The notes under the pieces were generated by a model. The model saw only the letters and a list, made by a program, of their open reading frames with translations, had not been told where the DNA came from and did not search any database. The position numbers and the translations under genes are program-made. Of a stretch of 64,000 nucleotides of DNA, positions 16,403 to 26,132 are shown in pieces (position 1 is the first letter of the stretch; each line of letters opens with the position of its first letter). This DNA comes from an uncultured Gammaproteobacteria bacterium. Its GTDB lineage: Bacteria > Patescibacteriota > Microgenomatia > UBA10105 > UBA927. The stretch lies in NCBI GenBank assembly GCA_964515005.1, contig CAZEVT010000001.1:310720-374719 (forward strand), read 5' to 3'.

Positions 16403-18679
16403 TCAGTGTGCCGCATTTCTTCTCTGTTTGTCAATCCCCATTTTCAAACCTATTCCCATTATGGTAATGATTTCGACGATAAGGAGTCCTACTTTGGCCC
16501 GCGACGGCTCGTAGGAGGCCACGATCGCATGCTGGCCTGCGGGCACCGGAATACCGATGAAGAAGGGGAAAGTGATAATAGGCCTGACCCGTTTTCCGTC
16601 TACCGTAACGCGCCAGTTGGGGTGATACGTTTGTTTGAGAATGACTACACATTCTGTACAATTTTCCGGAATCGATACGTTAGCCGTAAAAATCATGTCC
16701 GTGTCGTTGGTTTGGGAAGATATTGATATGGGGGATCCGCCAGCTGGCGGAGGGGAGATAGGAGAAATATATTTTGGCGGCTCTCGGAATATATTATGCG
16801 TCGAACCGTCAGGAACTTGAAACGTGACTTCATCAAGCATTTTGAAGTTGGGAAGGCCGGTATGTTTGGGAAAATTCTTGGTATCGAAGGTGATCTCCGG
16901 GTACAGGCCGTTTTTGGGGTCGTCAGATTGGATCCAGAGCCTCACCACATTCGTTCGCGAGTATTTGTCGGATGAGACAATTGCAGGCTGTACACCGAAC
17001 GTAAAATAGCCGGACGTGGGTACTTCATACAAGTTCCATGATGGATTTTCTCTAACAAGTCGCCAGAACGGCTGGATATTTTCCTTCGTAAGCGTTTTGG
17101 GCGTTGCGACGTAGCGAATATTGTAAAGATCATAATCTTCCTGTTTATTTTCCCGGAAGTACTGCTCCGTATCGCCGTTTGGCGACCAGGTTTCCGGCAG
17201 CCAGAGAACCGTCGGGAGGCCAAAGTTCCCGAGATACATGGTGATGTTGGTTTCGGCGATTCGAAAATCCCGTCCCCATGACCCGCCGCGCCCCGAAAAT
17301 ACCCGGCCGGGAGCGGTCTTTTGGAGTTTTTGGAGGGCGTCAACGAGCGCACTCACGTCCGGAGACTGCTTGGTAAAATTATCATTTGCCCGTTTGACAA
17401 GCGTGTCATTGAGCTCGTTGTAGCGGATGGTTTGCTGGTAGACGGGAATCAAAAAGAGGAGCCCTAGAATACAAGAAACCACAAATTGCAAATTTTTGAG
17501 TCGAAAGAGCCGGCGGGAAATAGTTGTTACCATCCACGTTAATCCGATAGGCGCCAAAAACAATCCGGCGATATGTACCCCAACGATGAAACGCGAAAGG
17601 TGGAACTCGGCCATGGCGGGGATGAGGTTGATAAGGCCGCCCCATGTCGTCCGGCCGAAGTAGAGAAGGAGCCAAAAAATAAACAACAAGGCAAGGCCTG
17701 TGAGCCCCGTTCCCTCGGCCGCAAAGAGCGAAAATACGCCCACCAAGACCAGGATAGTCAGAATCGGGAATCTTCCGAAATCAAATAGGTCGCCGTTTCC
17801 GAGGCGTGCGAGGATTTCTTTGGCGCCGTAGGAATTAAATTTCCACACCGGATCCCAGAAAGAAAAGTTGTGAAAGTTATCGGTGAAAAAGGCGGGCCCG
17901 ATCCAGTAGCTTAAGAAAAAGATTGCAGCTGCGGAAAGAGTAAGAAGAGGAATAATCGTTTTTTTGGGCTTGACGAGCGCCAGAGGAATGAGGCTTAGGA
18001 ATGCCATAATGCCCACACCGAGGTGTCCTGCGGTGGTCAAAACAAGAAAAAGTACCGCAGGTAGTAACCCCCGTTTTGTTTGGAAATAGCGGTACGCACA
18101 TGCCACCGCAAGCGGCAGAAAGACCATGGCAAAGAGCTGACTGGAGAGGCCATATCCGCGCCACAGGAATGACGCCGGGTCCAAGCCGTAGAGCCCGTCG
18201 GTGGAGAGGTGCGACGCCAAAAGCGCGCCGAATCCCGCGGTAAGGATGGGTAGGCGCAAAACCAGCAAAGCCAGGAATACCGAAAACGGGAACAAACTTA
18301 AGAGGAGGTATATCGCGACGTGGTAGTACTGAAAGAGCGAAACACTTTGGAGAAACATATGGAAAAATCGATACGATGCCACGATGGCAATCTGCGGGAT
18401 ATGGCTGTAGTAGTAGGGGAGGTTGTACCCTTCGTTCCAGTTGGGGACCCAGTGGTCAATAAGATACGAGATATGACAGATGGGAAACGTGAGTATATTT
18501 TTTGAACACTTTTCCACTGCAAAATCCCATATTTGGTTTGTACGCTCAACCAGAGCAAACTGAAATGTATTATCATTCGGATCGATTTTTGCGGTCGGCT
18601 CCAGGCGATAGAGCCAGAGGTTAAATCCCACGGAAAAAAGGATTATTGCAACAGCAAAATATGTTTCAAAACGTTTCAT
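16403..18679 (-). CDS. YfhO-family integral membrane protein (putative GT-C glycosyltransferase)
   Basis: 758 aa. The N-terminus has about 12 TM helices. The extracytoplasmic C-terminus has the YfhO-type signature ...QTYHPNWRVTVDGKRVRPIITFPFFIGIPVPAGQHAIVASYEP and a final TM helix. Start overlaps the stop of the 18676..20463 gene by 4 nt. Confidence 0.7.
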   Translation of the reverse strand: MKRFETYFAVAIILFSVGFNLWLYRLEPTAKIDPNDNTFQFALVERTNQIWDFAVEKCSKNILTFPICHISYLIDHWVPNWNEGYNLPYYYSHIPQIAIVASYRFFHMFLQSVSLFQYYHVAIYLLLSLFPFSVFLALLVLRLPILTAGFGALLASHLSTDGLYGLDPASFLWRGYGLSSQLFAMVFLPLAVACAYRYFQTKRGLLPAVLFLVLTTAGHLGVGIMAFLSLIPLALVKPKKTIIPLLTLSAAAIFFLSYWIGPAFFTDNFHNFSFWDPVWKFNSYGAKEILARLGNGDLFDFGRFPILTILVLVGVFSLFAAEGTGLTGLALLFIFWLLLYFGRTTWGGLINLIPAMAEFHLSRFIVGVHIAGLFLAPIGLTWMVTTISRRLFRLKNLQFVVSCILGLLFLIPVYQQTIRYNELNDTLVKRANDNFTKQSPDVSALVDALQKLQKTAPGRVFSGRGGSWGRDFRIAETNITMYLGNFGLPTVLWLPETWSPNGDTEQYFRENKQEDYDLYNIRYVATPKTLTKENIQPFWRLVRENPSWNLYEVPTSGYFTFGVQPAIVSSDKYSRTNVVRLWIQSDDPKNGLYPEITFDTKNFPKHTGLPNFKMLDEVTFQVPDGSTHNIFREPPKYISPISPPPAGGSPISISSQTNDTDMIFTANVSIPENCTECVVILKQTYHPNWRVTVDGKRVRPIITFPFFIGIPVPAGQHAIVASYEPSRAKVGLLIVEIITIMGIGLKMGIDKQRRNAAH

Positions 18680-20463
18680 GGGTGTAGCTTTGGATTCAGC
18701 CAGTCGGCATGATCATCAGTGATGCCGTCGCCGGCATCGGTGACAACGAGTTTTAATGTTTTGACACCGGTTACATCGACCTCCTGGTGCCGCGGCATAT
18801 CATACCTGCCGATTTTTTCTGATGCAAAGAGTTTTTTGTCGTCCCCCCATACTTCAAACGTAACCGTCCCGCGGGCTCCGGCTTCAGTGTCCACGCCGTA
18901 GTCAAAGGTAAATGCTTTGAATAATTTTCCGATATCAAATATCTGGTAGCTGTTGGCATGGGTGCCTATTCCGTGGCGATAAAAAGCGTACTGGACCGAG
19001 AGACTAGACCAACTATTGAATCCAAGTGAGGCATTGACAGGCATGTTTACCATTCGGTTCCCAAAGTCTTGTTTCCACTCAAACGGCGTGATGCTCGTTA
19101 TGAACACCGGTTTTTGGGTGAGTATGGGTATATTTTTGGTAATGATTACCAGGGCAATAAGCGTTATTGGCAGGATATATACCCACACTCGGGTAGTTCG
19201 GGCGAGGGAGAAAAGAAACCAGAGAAACACTCCGGTGAAGAGGGCAGAAACGCTTATCGTCAGCCACGGCCAGGTGAATGCTTTCAGTATTGGAATCCCG
19301 TTATGGGGGTAGTTGAAAACCAGTGCAGTGTGGAGGTTGTAGAAATACAGGAGGGTGAAAAGGGCGTACACAGTGACCAAAAACTTCATCGTGTTGCGAT
19401 GTATCCAGAATGATGCCCAGAGAAGTATCAGAATGGCCAACGGAAACGCATAGCGGTCATGGGATTCGGTTTGAAACAGGAAAAACGCACCGTTGACCAC
19501 GATAAAGCTTTCAAGAAATACCCGGAGCGGCTGCGATTTGTCTATAAACTGTCGGAGCATGGCAAAAAGGTACGCGCCTGAAAACGCCACAAGTCCCAAG
19601 GATTTTGCGCTCACCAGGCCCAACACCAGTATTTTATCCGATCCCTTCATGCCGGCGGCCCCGGAGTACACCCACCAGGGATTGAATGCGTTCAGCGAAA
19701 GCCAGGGAAAGTAGTCATAGTTGCCGGTCAACGATTCAATGACCCGGCCAAAGTCACGGGCAAGGATAAATTCTATATTGGTTCCCGCAAATGCGAGGGT
19801 GGCCCCGGCAAGGGCGCGAACGAGGCCCCGCCAGCCCATTATCTGCCAGAGGAAGAGAAAAAATATCGGCCCGTAGATCATGTTCTGAAGTTTCGTCATC
19901 ATGGCGACCATATAGATGATGCCCGCCCAAAACGGCATGCGCCGAAGGAGGGCGAGTAAGGCGAGTAAAAACAGCAAAACCCCAAGCGAGTCGAGTTGCC
20001 CCCACCAGGCTCCGTCGATGATTGAAACCGGCGAAAGAAGGTAGAGAAGGGCAAATATTTGATAGGTGGTAATGGGGAGCGCGGGAAAACCGAGACGCTT
20101 CGCGTTTTTGCCGATGTAAAGAAAGATACCCGCGATACCAAAGTCGGCGATAATCGCCGGGGCCTTGGAAATAAAAAGAAACAAGAGATTATTATTTTGC
20201 CAGAACTGATTGAAATCATGGGGATCGGCAAAGAACGAGTATACGTTCGCCATGAGGGCTAAAAAGTAGCCAAAGGGAGTAGGGTAGTTGAAGTTGGTAA
20301 GCGGCAGTCCTTTGACTATGCCGAAATCCATGACGGCCAGTCCCCAGCTTTTCCAAAACGAAATATCCGCTTCAAAACCGGTGTTGGGAATAAGAAGAAG
20401 GCGGATAAGCAATGCAATAATACTTCCCGAAATCAAAAAAAGCAGGAGTTGATTCTTTTTCAT
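18676..20463 (-). CDS. GT-C fold membrane glycosyltransferase fused to a C-terminal NPCBM (NEW3) carbohydrate-binding domain
   Basis: 595 aa. A polytopic N-terminal domain is followed by a C-terminal ~120 aa matching the NPCBM consensus (GTVTFEVWGDDKKLFASEKIGRYDMPRHQEVDVTGVKTLKLVVTDAGDGITDDHADWLNPKL). Confidence 0.7.
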   Translation of the reverse strand: MKKNQLLLFLISGSIIALLIRLLLIPNTGFEADISFWKSWGLAVMDFGIVKGLPLTNFNYPTPFGYFLALMANVYSFFADPHDFNQFWQNNNLLFLFISKAPAIIADFGIAGIFLYIGKNAKRLGFPALPITTYQIFALLYLLSPVSIIDGAWWGQLDSLGVLLFLLALLALLRRMPFWAGIIYMVAMMTKLQNMIYGPIFFLFLWQIMGWRGLVRALAGATLAFAGTNIEFILARDFGRVIESLTGNYDYFPWLSLNAFNPWWVYSGAAGMKGSDKILVLGLVSAKSLGLVAFSGAYLFAMLRQFIDKSQPLRVFLESFIVVNGAFFLFQTESHDRYAFPLAILILLWASFWIHRNTMKFLVTVYALFTLLYFYNLHTALVFNYPHNGIPILKAFTWPWLTISVSALFTGVFLWFLFSLARTTRVWVYILPITLIALVIITKNIPILTQKPVFITSITPFEWKQDFGNRMVNMPVNASLGFNSWSSLSVQYAFYRHGIGTHANSYQIFDIGKLFKAFTFDYGVDTEAGARGTVTFEVWGDDKKLFASEKIGRYDMPRHQEVDVTGVKTLKLVVTDAGDGITDDHADWLNPKLHP

Positions 20464-20615
20464 TTGGTCTTTGACGGGTCATTGGGTCCCAGATACGTGT
20501 TGCCGGCGGGGATAACAATACGGCCGGGCCGTCCTGCGGCCGAAATGTAGTAGACGGCCACAACAATAAGCATACAAAGTATCGCGACAAATGTCATGAA
20601 GTCACGCTTGTTCAT
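20460..20615 (-). CDS. small single-TM ORF (51 aa) translationally coupled to the GT-C/NPCBM gene
   Basis: Product MNKRDFMTFVAILCMLIVVAVYYISAAGRPGRIVIPAGNTYLGPNDPSKTK. Its TGA overlaps the downstream ATG (ATGA). It is in a different frame from the track ORF 20372..20590, which looks spurious. Confidence 0.3.
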   Translation of the reverse strand: MNKRDFMTFVAILCMLIVVAVYYISAAGRPGRIVIPAGNTYLGPNDPSKTK

Positions 20616-20664
20616 TTGAAGACATAGTAGCACAAAATGCAGTAAATCTTTAGAATAGGTCTAT

Positions 20665-22281
20665 ATGCAGAGATGGCTATGGGGAGGAACTATTGTATTC
20701 TTCGTTTTATTTTCGTTCGTACCGACGTTTTATGAACTCTTGCGGGCCAGTGACCTCCACGAGGACCGTTCCTTCGAGCTCGTCCACAACTATTACACCG
20801 ACTACAATTTTTATCTTTCGCGTATCCGCCAGGGGATAGAGGGCAATCTTTTGGTTCAGGAGAAATACACGTCCGAGCCGCACCCGGGCTCCCTTTTTCA
20901 AATCGTCTATCTTGCTATGGGATGGGTGGGGAATTTTTTGACCGTCCCATGGGACCGACCGGGTGACATCTACCACGTCGCACGGTTTGTTTTTGCGTTT
21001 GCCGTCCTTGCACTCATTGCAGAGTTTGCGAAAGAAACGCTTGGAAAATTGACATCCGCACGGTGGGCGTTTTTAGGATTTTTACTTGCCGTGACGGCCT
21101 CTACCTGGCCAAAACTTGTTCAGGTTTCCGGCGTGTGGCGTTTCGGAGGGTACATGCCATGGTTTACGGTGATGGATTCACTGCAGCGGATTACGTTTCT
21201 TCCCCACCTTCTTATCGGACAGGCAATCATGATGTTCCTCCTTATGGCAATGGCGAGCCGTCAAACACTTGCAAGAACCGGAAATTGGGTGTTTTTGGGG
21301 CTGCTGGCGCTTGCGCTTTCCATCATATACCCGCCCGGGTTGGTGGTCGTTGCGGTGGCATCTGGGTATCTTTGGATACTTGATAAAATTTTTTGGCCCA
21401 GACTCGTCATCGGTCTCATAAGCGTACCGGGGTTGGTGTATATGCTTTATATGTTCACGGTATATCCCTGGAAGCGGCTTGTGGAATTTGACATGCTCAA
21501 CCCGGTTGCATTTAACTTGTGGGAATATATTCTTGCGGTTGGCCCTGTACTGCCCCTGGGACTCATGGGCCTGGTTGTCGCACTCTTCAAAAAGGAAACC
21601 AAGCTCAACAGTGTGATTGCATGGATTTTCTCGTTTTTTACCTTATTTATAGGATTCCATTTTATTCCGCAGCAGCACCCGCTCCGATTTTCAGAAACGC
21701 TGCCGCACGTGCCACTGGCGATCCTCACGGCGTATCTTCTGTGGAACGTAAGTACCCTGGGAAAGTTTGGAAAAATAGCAGCGAAAATAATTGCCGCGCT
21801 AGTCATTATTGTCGGTGTCGGCATTATGTATTCCTCATGGCTGTGGCAGCGCGATTTTACGAATCATAAGTTGATAGCGACGAAGCCACTTGTGCCCTAC
21901 GGAAGTTACGTGATGTATCCGCTGAACGATTTTATCGCTGGCATGACGTACTTGCGGGGGGTCACGCCCCGCGACAGCGTGGTTTTATCCATGCAAACGA
22001 CGGGTAATTATATTCCGGTTTACGCCGGTAATACGGTGTATTTTGGTCACGCAAACACGGTGAAATACGAAGAGAAAAAGGTATTGGTAGAATCATTTTT
22101 TGGCGGGACCATGAAGGCTGCCGACGCGGCACGGTGGATCCGCGGAGCCGGTATTGCGTATGTATTTTTCGGTCCGCAGGAGAGGGAAGTTGGCAATATA
22201 CGCGCCTTGGAAACCGTGTACCCGTTTTTGCAGCCGCTGTTTGCAAACGAGCAGGTGACTATTTATGGGGTACAAAAATGA
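20665..22281 (+). CDS. polytopic membrane protein, probable GT-C-like glycosyltransferase/unknown
   Basis: 538 aa with more than 10 predicted TM helices and no soluble catalytic signature. It sits among GT-C paralogs. Its stop overlaps the next gene's start (ATGA). Confidence 0.55.
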   Translation: MQRWLWGGTIVFFVLFSFVPTFYELLRASDLHEDRSFELVHNYYTDYNFYLSRIRQGIEGNLLVQEKYTSEPHPGSLFQIVYLAMGWVGNFLTVPWDRPGDIYHVARFVFAFAVLALIAEFAKETLGKLTSARWAFLGFLLAVTASTWPKLVQVSGVWRFGGYMPWFTVMDSLQRITFLPHLLIGQAIMMFLLMAMASRQTLARTGNWVFLGLLALALSIIYPPGLVVVAVASGYLWILDKIFWPRLVIGLISVPGLVYMLYMFTVYPWKRLVEFDMLNPVAFNLWEYILAVGPVLPLGLMGLVVALFKKETKLNSVIAWIFSFFTLFIGFHFIPQQHPLRFSETLPHVPLAILTAYLLWNVSTLGKFGKIAAKIIAALVIIVGVGIMYSSWLWQRDFTNHKLIATKPLVPYGSYVMYPLNDFIAGMTYLRGVTPRDSVVLSMQTTGNYIPVYAGNTVYFGHANTVKYEEKKVLVESFFGGTMKAADAARWIRGAGIAYVFFGPQEREVGNIRALETVYPFLQPLFANEQVTIYGVQK

Positions 22282-23144
22282 ATCAAGAGATAGCATGTCC
22301 TTTATGCGGGAAGAAAAACTTCTTGGTATATCGGGATAAGCCCCACCGGCGGATTGTCCGGTGTCTTCATGATGGACTCGTGTTGGTAAATCCGCAGCCT
22401 ACCATACGCGAGATTCACCGAATCTATAACGAGAATTATTTTTCGTCCCACGAAAAGCGAACCGTCAGTTCAGGCGGGTATTTTGATTATATGAGTGAGC
22501 GTCCGCTTCTTTTGCCGTATTTCCGCAGAAAAATTGTGTTTTTGAAACGACTTCTCCCGGGAAGAAAAGTATTGGAAATCGGTTCGTCGTACGGATTTTT
22601 TCTTGAAGAAGCCAAGCGTGCCCGTCTCAACATTTTGGGCATCGATATTTCGCGGGAAGCCGTCGCACATGCAAAGCGACAGGGGCTGCCGGCCCGCGCG
22701 GTTGACCTTTTTGATGCAAAATTTCCATCGAATTCATTTGACGGAGTGGTCGCGTTTCACCTCATAGAACACGTTCTTGACCCGATGGCGTTTCTGCGCG
22801 AAGTGTATAGGATCACCAAACCAGGAGGCATACTGATGCTGGCAACACCCAAAGAAGGAGGGTATGTGCAGCGCATGATGGGAAAACACTGGTTCTCCTA
22901 TCGGCATAAGGAACATTTGTACTTCTTTTCCAAACGAACCATGACGATGCTTTTGGCAAAAGCCGGGTTCTCGGATATTCGGTGTTTTGGCGATGAAACA
23001 CGATGGTATCCCATACGGTTTCTTCTGCGGGGCGTAACCTTTTATGTGAATAATCCGTGGTGGCTCCGGTTTATAAGACTCTTCAATCTTGCTCTTAAAA
23101 TTCCGATGCCGCTGGATACCATGCTGGTGACTTCCCGGAAATAA
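22278..23144 (+). CDS. class I SAM-dependent methyltransferase with N-terminal Zn-ribbon
   Basis: A CPLCG...C pair is followed by a Rossmann MTase fold (VLEIGSSYGFF ... ILGIDIS ... DGVVAFHLIEHV). ATG 22278 is chosen; it overlaps the upstream stop. Confidence 0.75.
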   Translation: MNQEIACPLCGKKNFLVYRDKPHRRIVRCLHDGLVLVNPQPTIREIHRIYNENYFSSHEKRTVSSGGYFDYMSERPLLLPYFRRKIVFLKRLLPGRKVLEIGSSYGFFLEEAKRARLNILGIDISREAVAHAKRQGLPARAVDLFDAKFPSNSFDGVVAFHLIEHVLDPMAFLREVYRITKPGGILMLATPKEGGYVQRMMGKHWFSYRHKEHLYFFSKRTMTMLLAKAGFSDIRCFGDETRWYPIRFLLRGVTFYVNNPWWLRFIRLFNLALKIPMPLDTMLVTSRK

Positions 23145-23167
23145 TACGCGACCCGTGGTATGGGTCG

Positions 23168-23587
23168 TCACTTTTTACGCTTGAGGGAAGCACAATAGGA
23201 TGTATACGTTTCGTACAGACGAATGTATTCTTTTGGGTCATATGGGTGGGAAGCAATGGCAAGCTGCGTTGCCGTATGTGAGTAGCGCTGGGTATGCCAG
23301 ACGAGCGGGGGAATAATGAGCCCCTCATTGGGTTTATCCAGAACAAAGGTTTTTTTCTGACCCTTCGGTGTTTCCGTGGTGACGATAATCTTTCCGGATA
23401 AGGCTATAAGAACAATCGTTGTTTTTTTGTGTGCGTGGCGGCCGCGGATGACGCTTTGGGGGGTAAAGTATGTCCAAAAAACGCGCCGAATGGGAAAGGG
23501 GATCTCCCGAATGGTGCTCGCGGTGAGATAGCCCTCACGGGATGAGCCGTGTTTGTTGAAGAGAATTTTTTTCGGTTCTCCGTTCAT
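23168..23587 (-). CDS. WxcM/FdtA-like cupin (dTDP-4-keto-6-deoxyhexose 3,4-ketoisomerase-like)
   Basis: 139 aa. The cupin is RRVFWTY...RGRHAHKKTTIVLIALSGKIIV, typical of sugar 3,4-ketoisomerases. It overlaps the GT2 upstream by 4 nt. Confidence 0.6.
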   Translation of the reverse strand: MNGEPKKILFNKHGSSREGYLTASTIREIPFPIRRVFWTYFTPQSVIRGRHAHKKTTIVLIALSGKIIVTTETPKGQKKTFVLDKPNEGLIIPPLVWHTQRYSHTATQLAIASHPYDPKEYIRLYETYTSYCASLKRKK

Positions 23588-24285
23588 ATTGCGAAGAATT
23601 GCGGTTGCTTCATCCAGAATACTATCATATCTACAATAGTTGGGAATATAGTAGTCATTTTCCCTCCGCCTCCGCCGCCGCCCTCACGTGCACGGTGACT
23701 GATAGGGGCTTCAATGACACGAAAGCCGGCTTGTATTGCTTTTATGGCAAGTTCCGCATCAACAAACGCAGAAGAAGAACGTAGCCGTATTTTTTTGATG
23801 ATCCTGCTGCGCATGAGACGCACCGAATTGGCGTCATGAAGCGGGAGGTGAAATAGTAAGCGAAGTAAACTATTGTAGATATTTGATTGGAGAAGTCGGA
23901 TAGATGAATCGTTCCGTTTATTTCTCCATCCGATAAGCATATCGGCCGTATCCCGCTTGCGCCATAACGCAGTAAGTTCTTTGGGCTCAATCTGATAATC
24001 TCCCGGGAGAGAAAATACCCAGGAGCCTGGCGCGTTTTCATATAACTCCCGTATTGTTGTGCCGTACCCAAGATTATATCTATGAGTAATAACCCGGAGA
24101 TTTGGCATGAGTTTCCGAAGCTTTTCAAGTTTTTGCCCGGTTTGATCACGACTTGCATCATTGGCCACCAAGATAGTAAAGGGGATATGCAGTTTCATGG
24201 CAGTTGTTGCGGTCTTTCGCAACACTGTTTCGATCGTCGCTTCATCATTGTAAGCGGGGATAACAACGGTGAGTGATGAGTTCAT
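23584..24285 (-). CDS. family 2 glycosyltransferase (DPM1/polyprenyl-phosphate sugar synthase-like)
   Basis: LTVVIPAYNDE...ILVANDASRD...SLPGDYQ motifs. It is soluble and about 230 aa. Confidence 0.75.
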   Translation of the reverse strand: MNSSLTVVIPAYNDEATIETVLRKTATTAMKLHIPFTILVANDASRDQTGQKLEKLRKLMPNLRVITHRYNLGYGTTIRELYENAPGSWVFSLPGDYQIEPKELTALWRKRDTADMLIGWRNKRNDSSIRLLQSNIYNSLLRLLFHLPLHDANSVRLMRSRIIKKIRLRSSSAFVDAELAIKAIQAGFRVIEAPISHRAREGGGGGGGKMTTIFPTIVDMIVFWMKQPQFFAI

Positions 24286-24341
24286 CTTGGCGGAATTGTA
24301 GCATACTTGTCACGGCAGAAGCGTCAGGGTATTATGAGGCA

Positions 24342-24890
24342 ATGATGAAGCCTATTGTGTATCGTAGCAGTAAGGGTCATACGTTTGTCGTCCGCCCGAT
24401 GGCGGCAGGTGATGTGCGCGGTCTTTTGACCTTTGCCAATACACTGATTGCCGAAGACACGTTTATCATGCTCAGCGGCAAAAAGCTGACACTGAGAGAA
24501 GAATCAACGTACGTATCCGAGGGGTTGAACCTTATGAAAAAGGGCAAGAAATTTCGTGTCGTGGTGACTATCTCCGGCGCCATAGTCGGTTCAGCCGAAA
24601 TCCGGCGCGGGGAACTGCGCAAATCCCATGTGGGCGAACTAGGCATATCCGTCCTCAAACCGTATCGGGGCGAGGGGACTGGGAGCGCGCTTATGGAGTG
24701 TTTGATTGCCGAAGGAAAACGGATGGGGTTGCGGATCCTGATGCTTCACTGTTTTGAGAATAATACCGCCGCCCTCGCGCTGTACAAAAAATTCGGCTTC
24801 ATCCAGTGTGGACTTCTCCCTCAGGCGCTGTACTACCGCGGAATGCACATAGGAGAAGTGACGCTCTACAAAAAATTATCCGCAACCTAA
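24342..24890 (+). CDS. GNAT family N-acetyltransferase
   Basis: Acetyl-CoA binding motif (VLKPYRGEGTGSALM) and GNAT beta-bulge (ALYKKFGF). The ATGATG start at 24342 is chosen. Confidence 0.75.
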   Translation: MMKPIVYRSSKGHTFVVRPMAAGDVRGLLTFANTLIAEDTFIMLSGKKLTLREESTYVSEGLNLMKKGKKFRVVVTISGAIVGSAEIRRGELRKSHVGELGISVLKPYRGEGTGSALMECLIAEGKRMGLRILMLHCFENNTAALALYKKFGFIQCGLLPQALYYRGMHIGEVTLYKKLSAT

Positions 24891-24893
24891 ATT

Positions 24894-26132
24894 ATGCAGA
24901 ACCATAGGACACTCCTTGCCGGTGCGGTTATTTTTCTTTTGTCGGTTGTATTTCGCCTGTGGTTGACCAATATCGTGCCGCAGCCGTTTGTGTACGATCA
25001 GACGGAGTACGAGGCGTATGCAGGGAAAATTTTTGCTGCACCATACATGCTTGCGGCCCATACGTATCGCTCATATCCATACCCACTGATGATTGCAGTT
25101 CTCTACAAAATTGTCGGGTTTGGCAATCACCCCGCGGTATTTGCGCTGCAGGCGGTGTTGGACAGTCTCACCGCCGTCATGGTGTATTTCATCCTGCGCC
25201 TTGCTGGCCGGAGCCGGGCGGCGTGGATCGGTTACCTCCTCTATGCGGTCAATCCTTTTACCGCGGCATATGCCGGCGTCATTCTTTCGGAAGTGCTGAC
25301 GACGTTTTTTGTTGCCGGTATGTTGCTGACCGGTGTGTATGTCATCAAAAAACCTTCGTTCCTGCGGGGCTTGTTGTTTGGTCTTTGTGCCGGCATGGCG
25401 ATTCAAACGAGAAATGCAATGACTGTCGGATCGCTCGCTGCGGTAGGGAGCATATGGTTTTGGATTTCCTGGAAATTTTATACACGGGTGTATCTCGCGA
25501 TTTTTCTGGGGTTAGTCCTTACGGTTTTGTATCCTCTTTACACAAACTGGCAGGCATATGGGCAGGTTTCCATATTTAAGGTTGATAGCTTTTACGCCAT
25601 GGAGCTCTATAACGGTGCGACGCTCAAAATTCTTCCACCGTTTATGACTAGTACCAGCTATCCCGCGGGCCAGCAGGAGATGTACCGGGAGTATTGGTCG
25701 GAATATGATTCGACGAGAACGATGTCTGACCGGCAAGATATGGCTGATAAGTATGTTGGGAAGGCCATTGCGATTATAAAAGCCGATCCGATAGAGTATA
25801 TCCGGTGGCGGTTTTTCAAAATGTGGTACGTGTGGCAGAAAGATAATATTTTTACGTATAGTGAGCCCGGATACGCGGTACATAAGCCATGGACGTTTTG
25901 GGGTAATACGATGCTCTTGGCCGCTGCGGCATTCGGTATCGTGTTTGGGTTTTTTCGCAAAAAAGGAAAGACCATGGTGTGGCTCTGGACGGCGGCGATT
26001 GCCATCATTGTTTTCCAGACGGTTGCCTTTTCATTCAGTCACGCAGAATATCGATTAAGTATTCCTTTATATCCCATCATTATTCTGTTTGCGGCACTTT
26101 GCTACAATAAAGACTATGGCAGGAGGCAATAA
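24894..26132 (+). CDS. GT-C fold membrane glycosyltransferase (ArnT/PMT-like)
   Basis: 412 aa and polytopic, with an early periplasmic-loop acidic motif (VYDQTEYEAY) typical of GT-C enzymes. Confidence 0.6.
   Translation: MQNHRTLLAGAVIFLLSVVFRLWLTNIVPQPFVYDQTEYEAYAGKIFAAPYMLAAHTYRSYPYPLMIAVLYKIVGFGNHPAVFALQAVLDSLTAVMVYFILRLAGRSRAAWIGYLLYAVNPFTAAYAGVILSEVLTTFFVAGMLLTGVYVIKKPSFLRGLLFGLCAGMAIQTRNAMTVGSLAAVGSIWFWISWKFYTRVYLAIFLGLVLTVLYPLYTNWQAYGQVSIFKVDSFYAMELYNGATLKILPPFMTSTSYPAGQQEMYREYWSEYDSTRTMSDRQDMADKYVGKAIAIIKADPIEYIRWRFFKMWYVWQKDNIFTYSEPGYAVHKPWTFWGNTMLLAAAAFGIVFGFFRKKGKTMVWLWTAAIAIIVFQTVAFSFSHAEYRLSIPLYPIIILFAALCYNKDYGRRQ

Noticed and set aside
20372-20590. 72-aa minus-strand track ORF upstream of the GT-C/NPCBM gene
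   Set aside because: Its frame differs from the more plausible 51-aa single-TM ORF at 20460..20615, which shows ATGA coupling. Its product is not protein-like.
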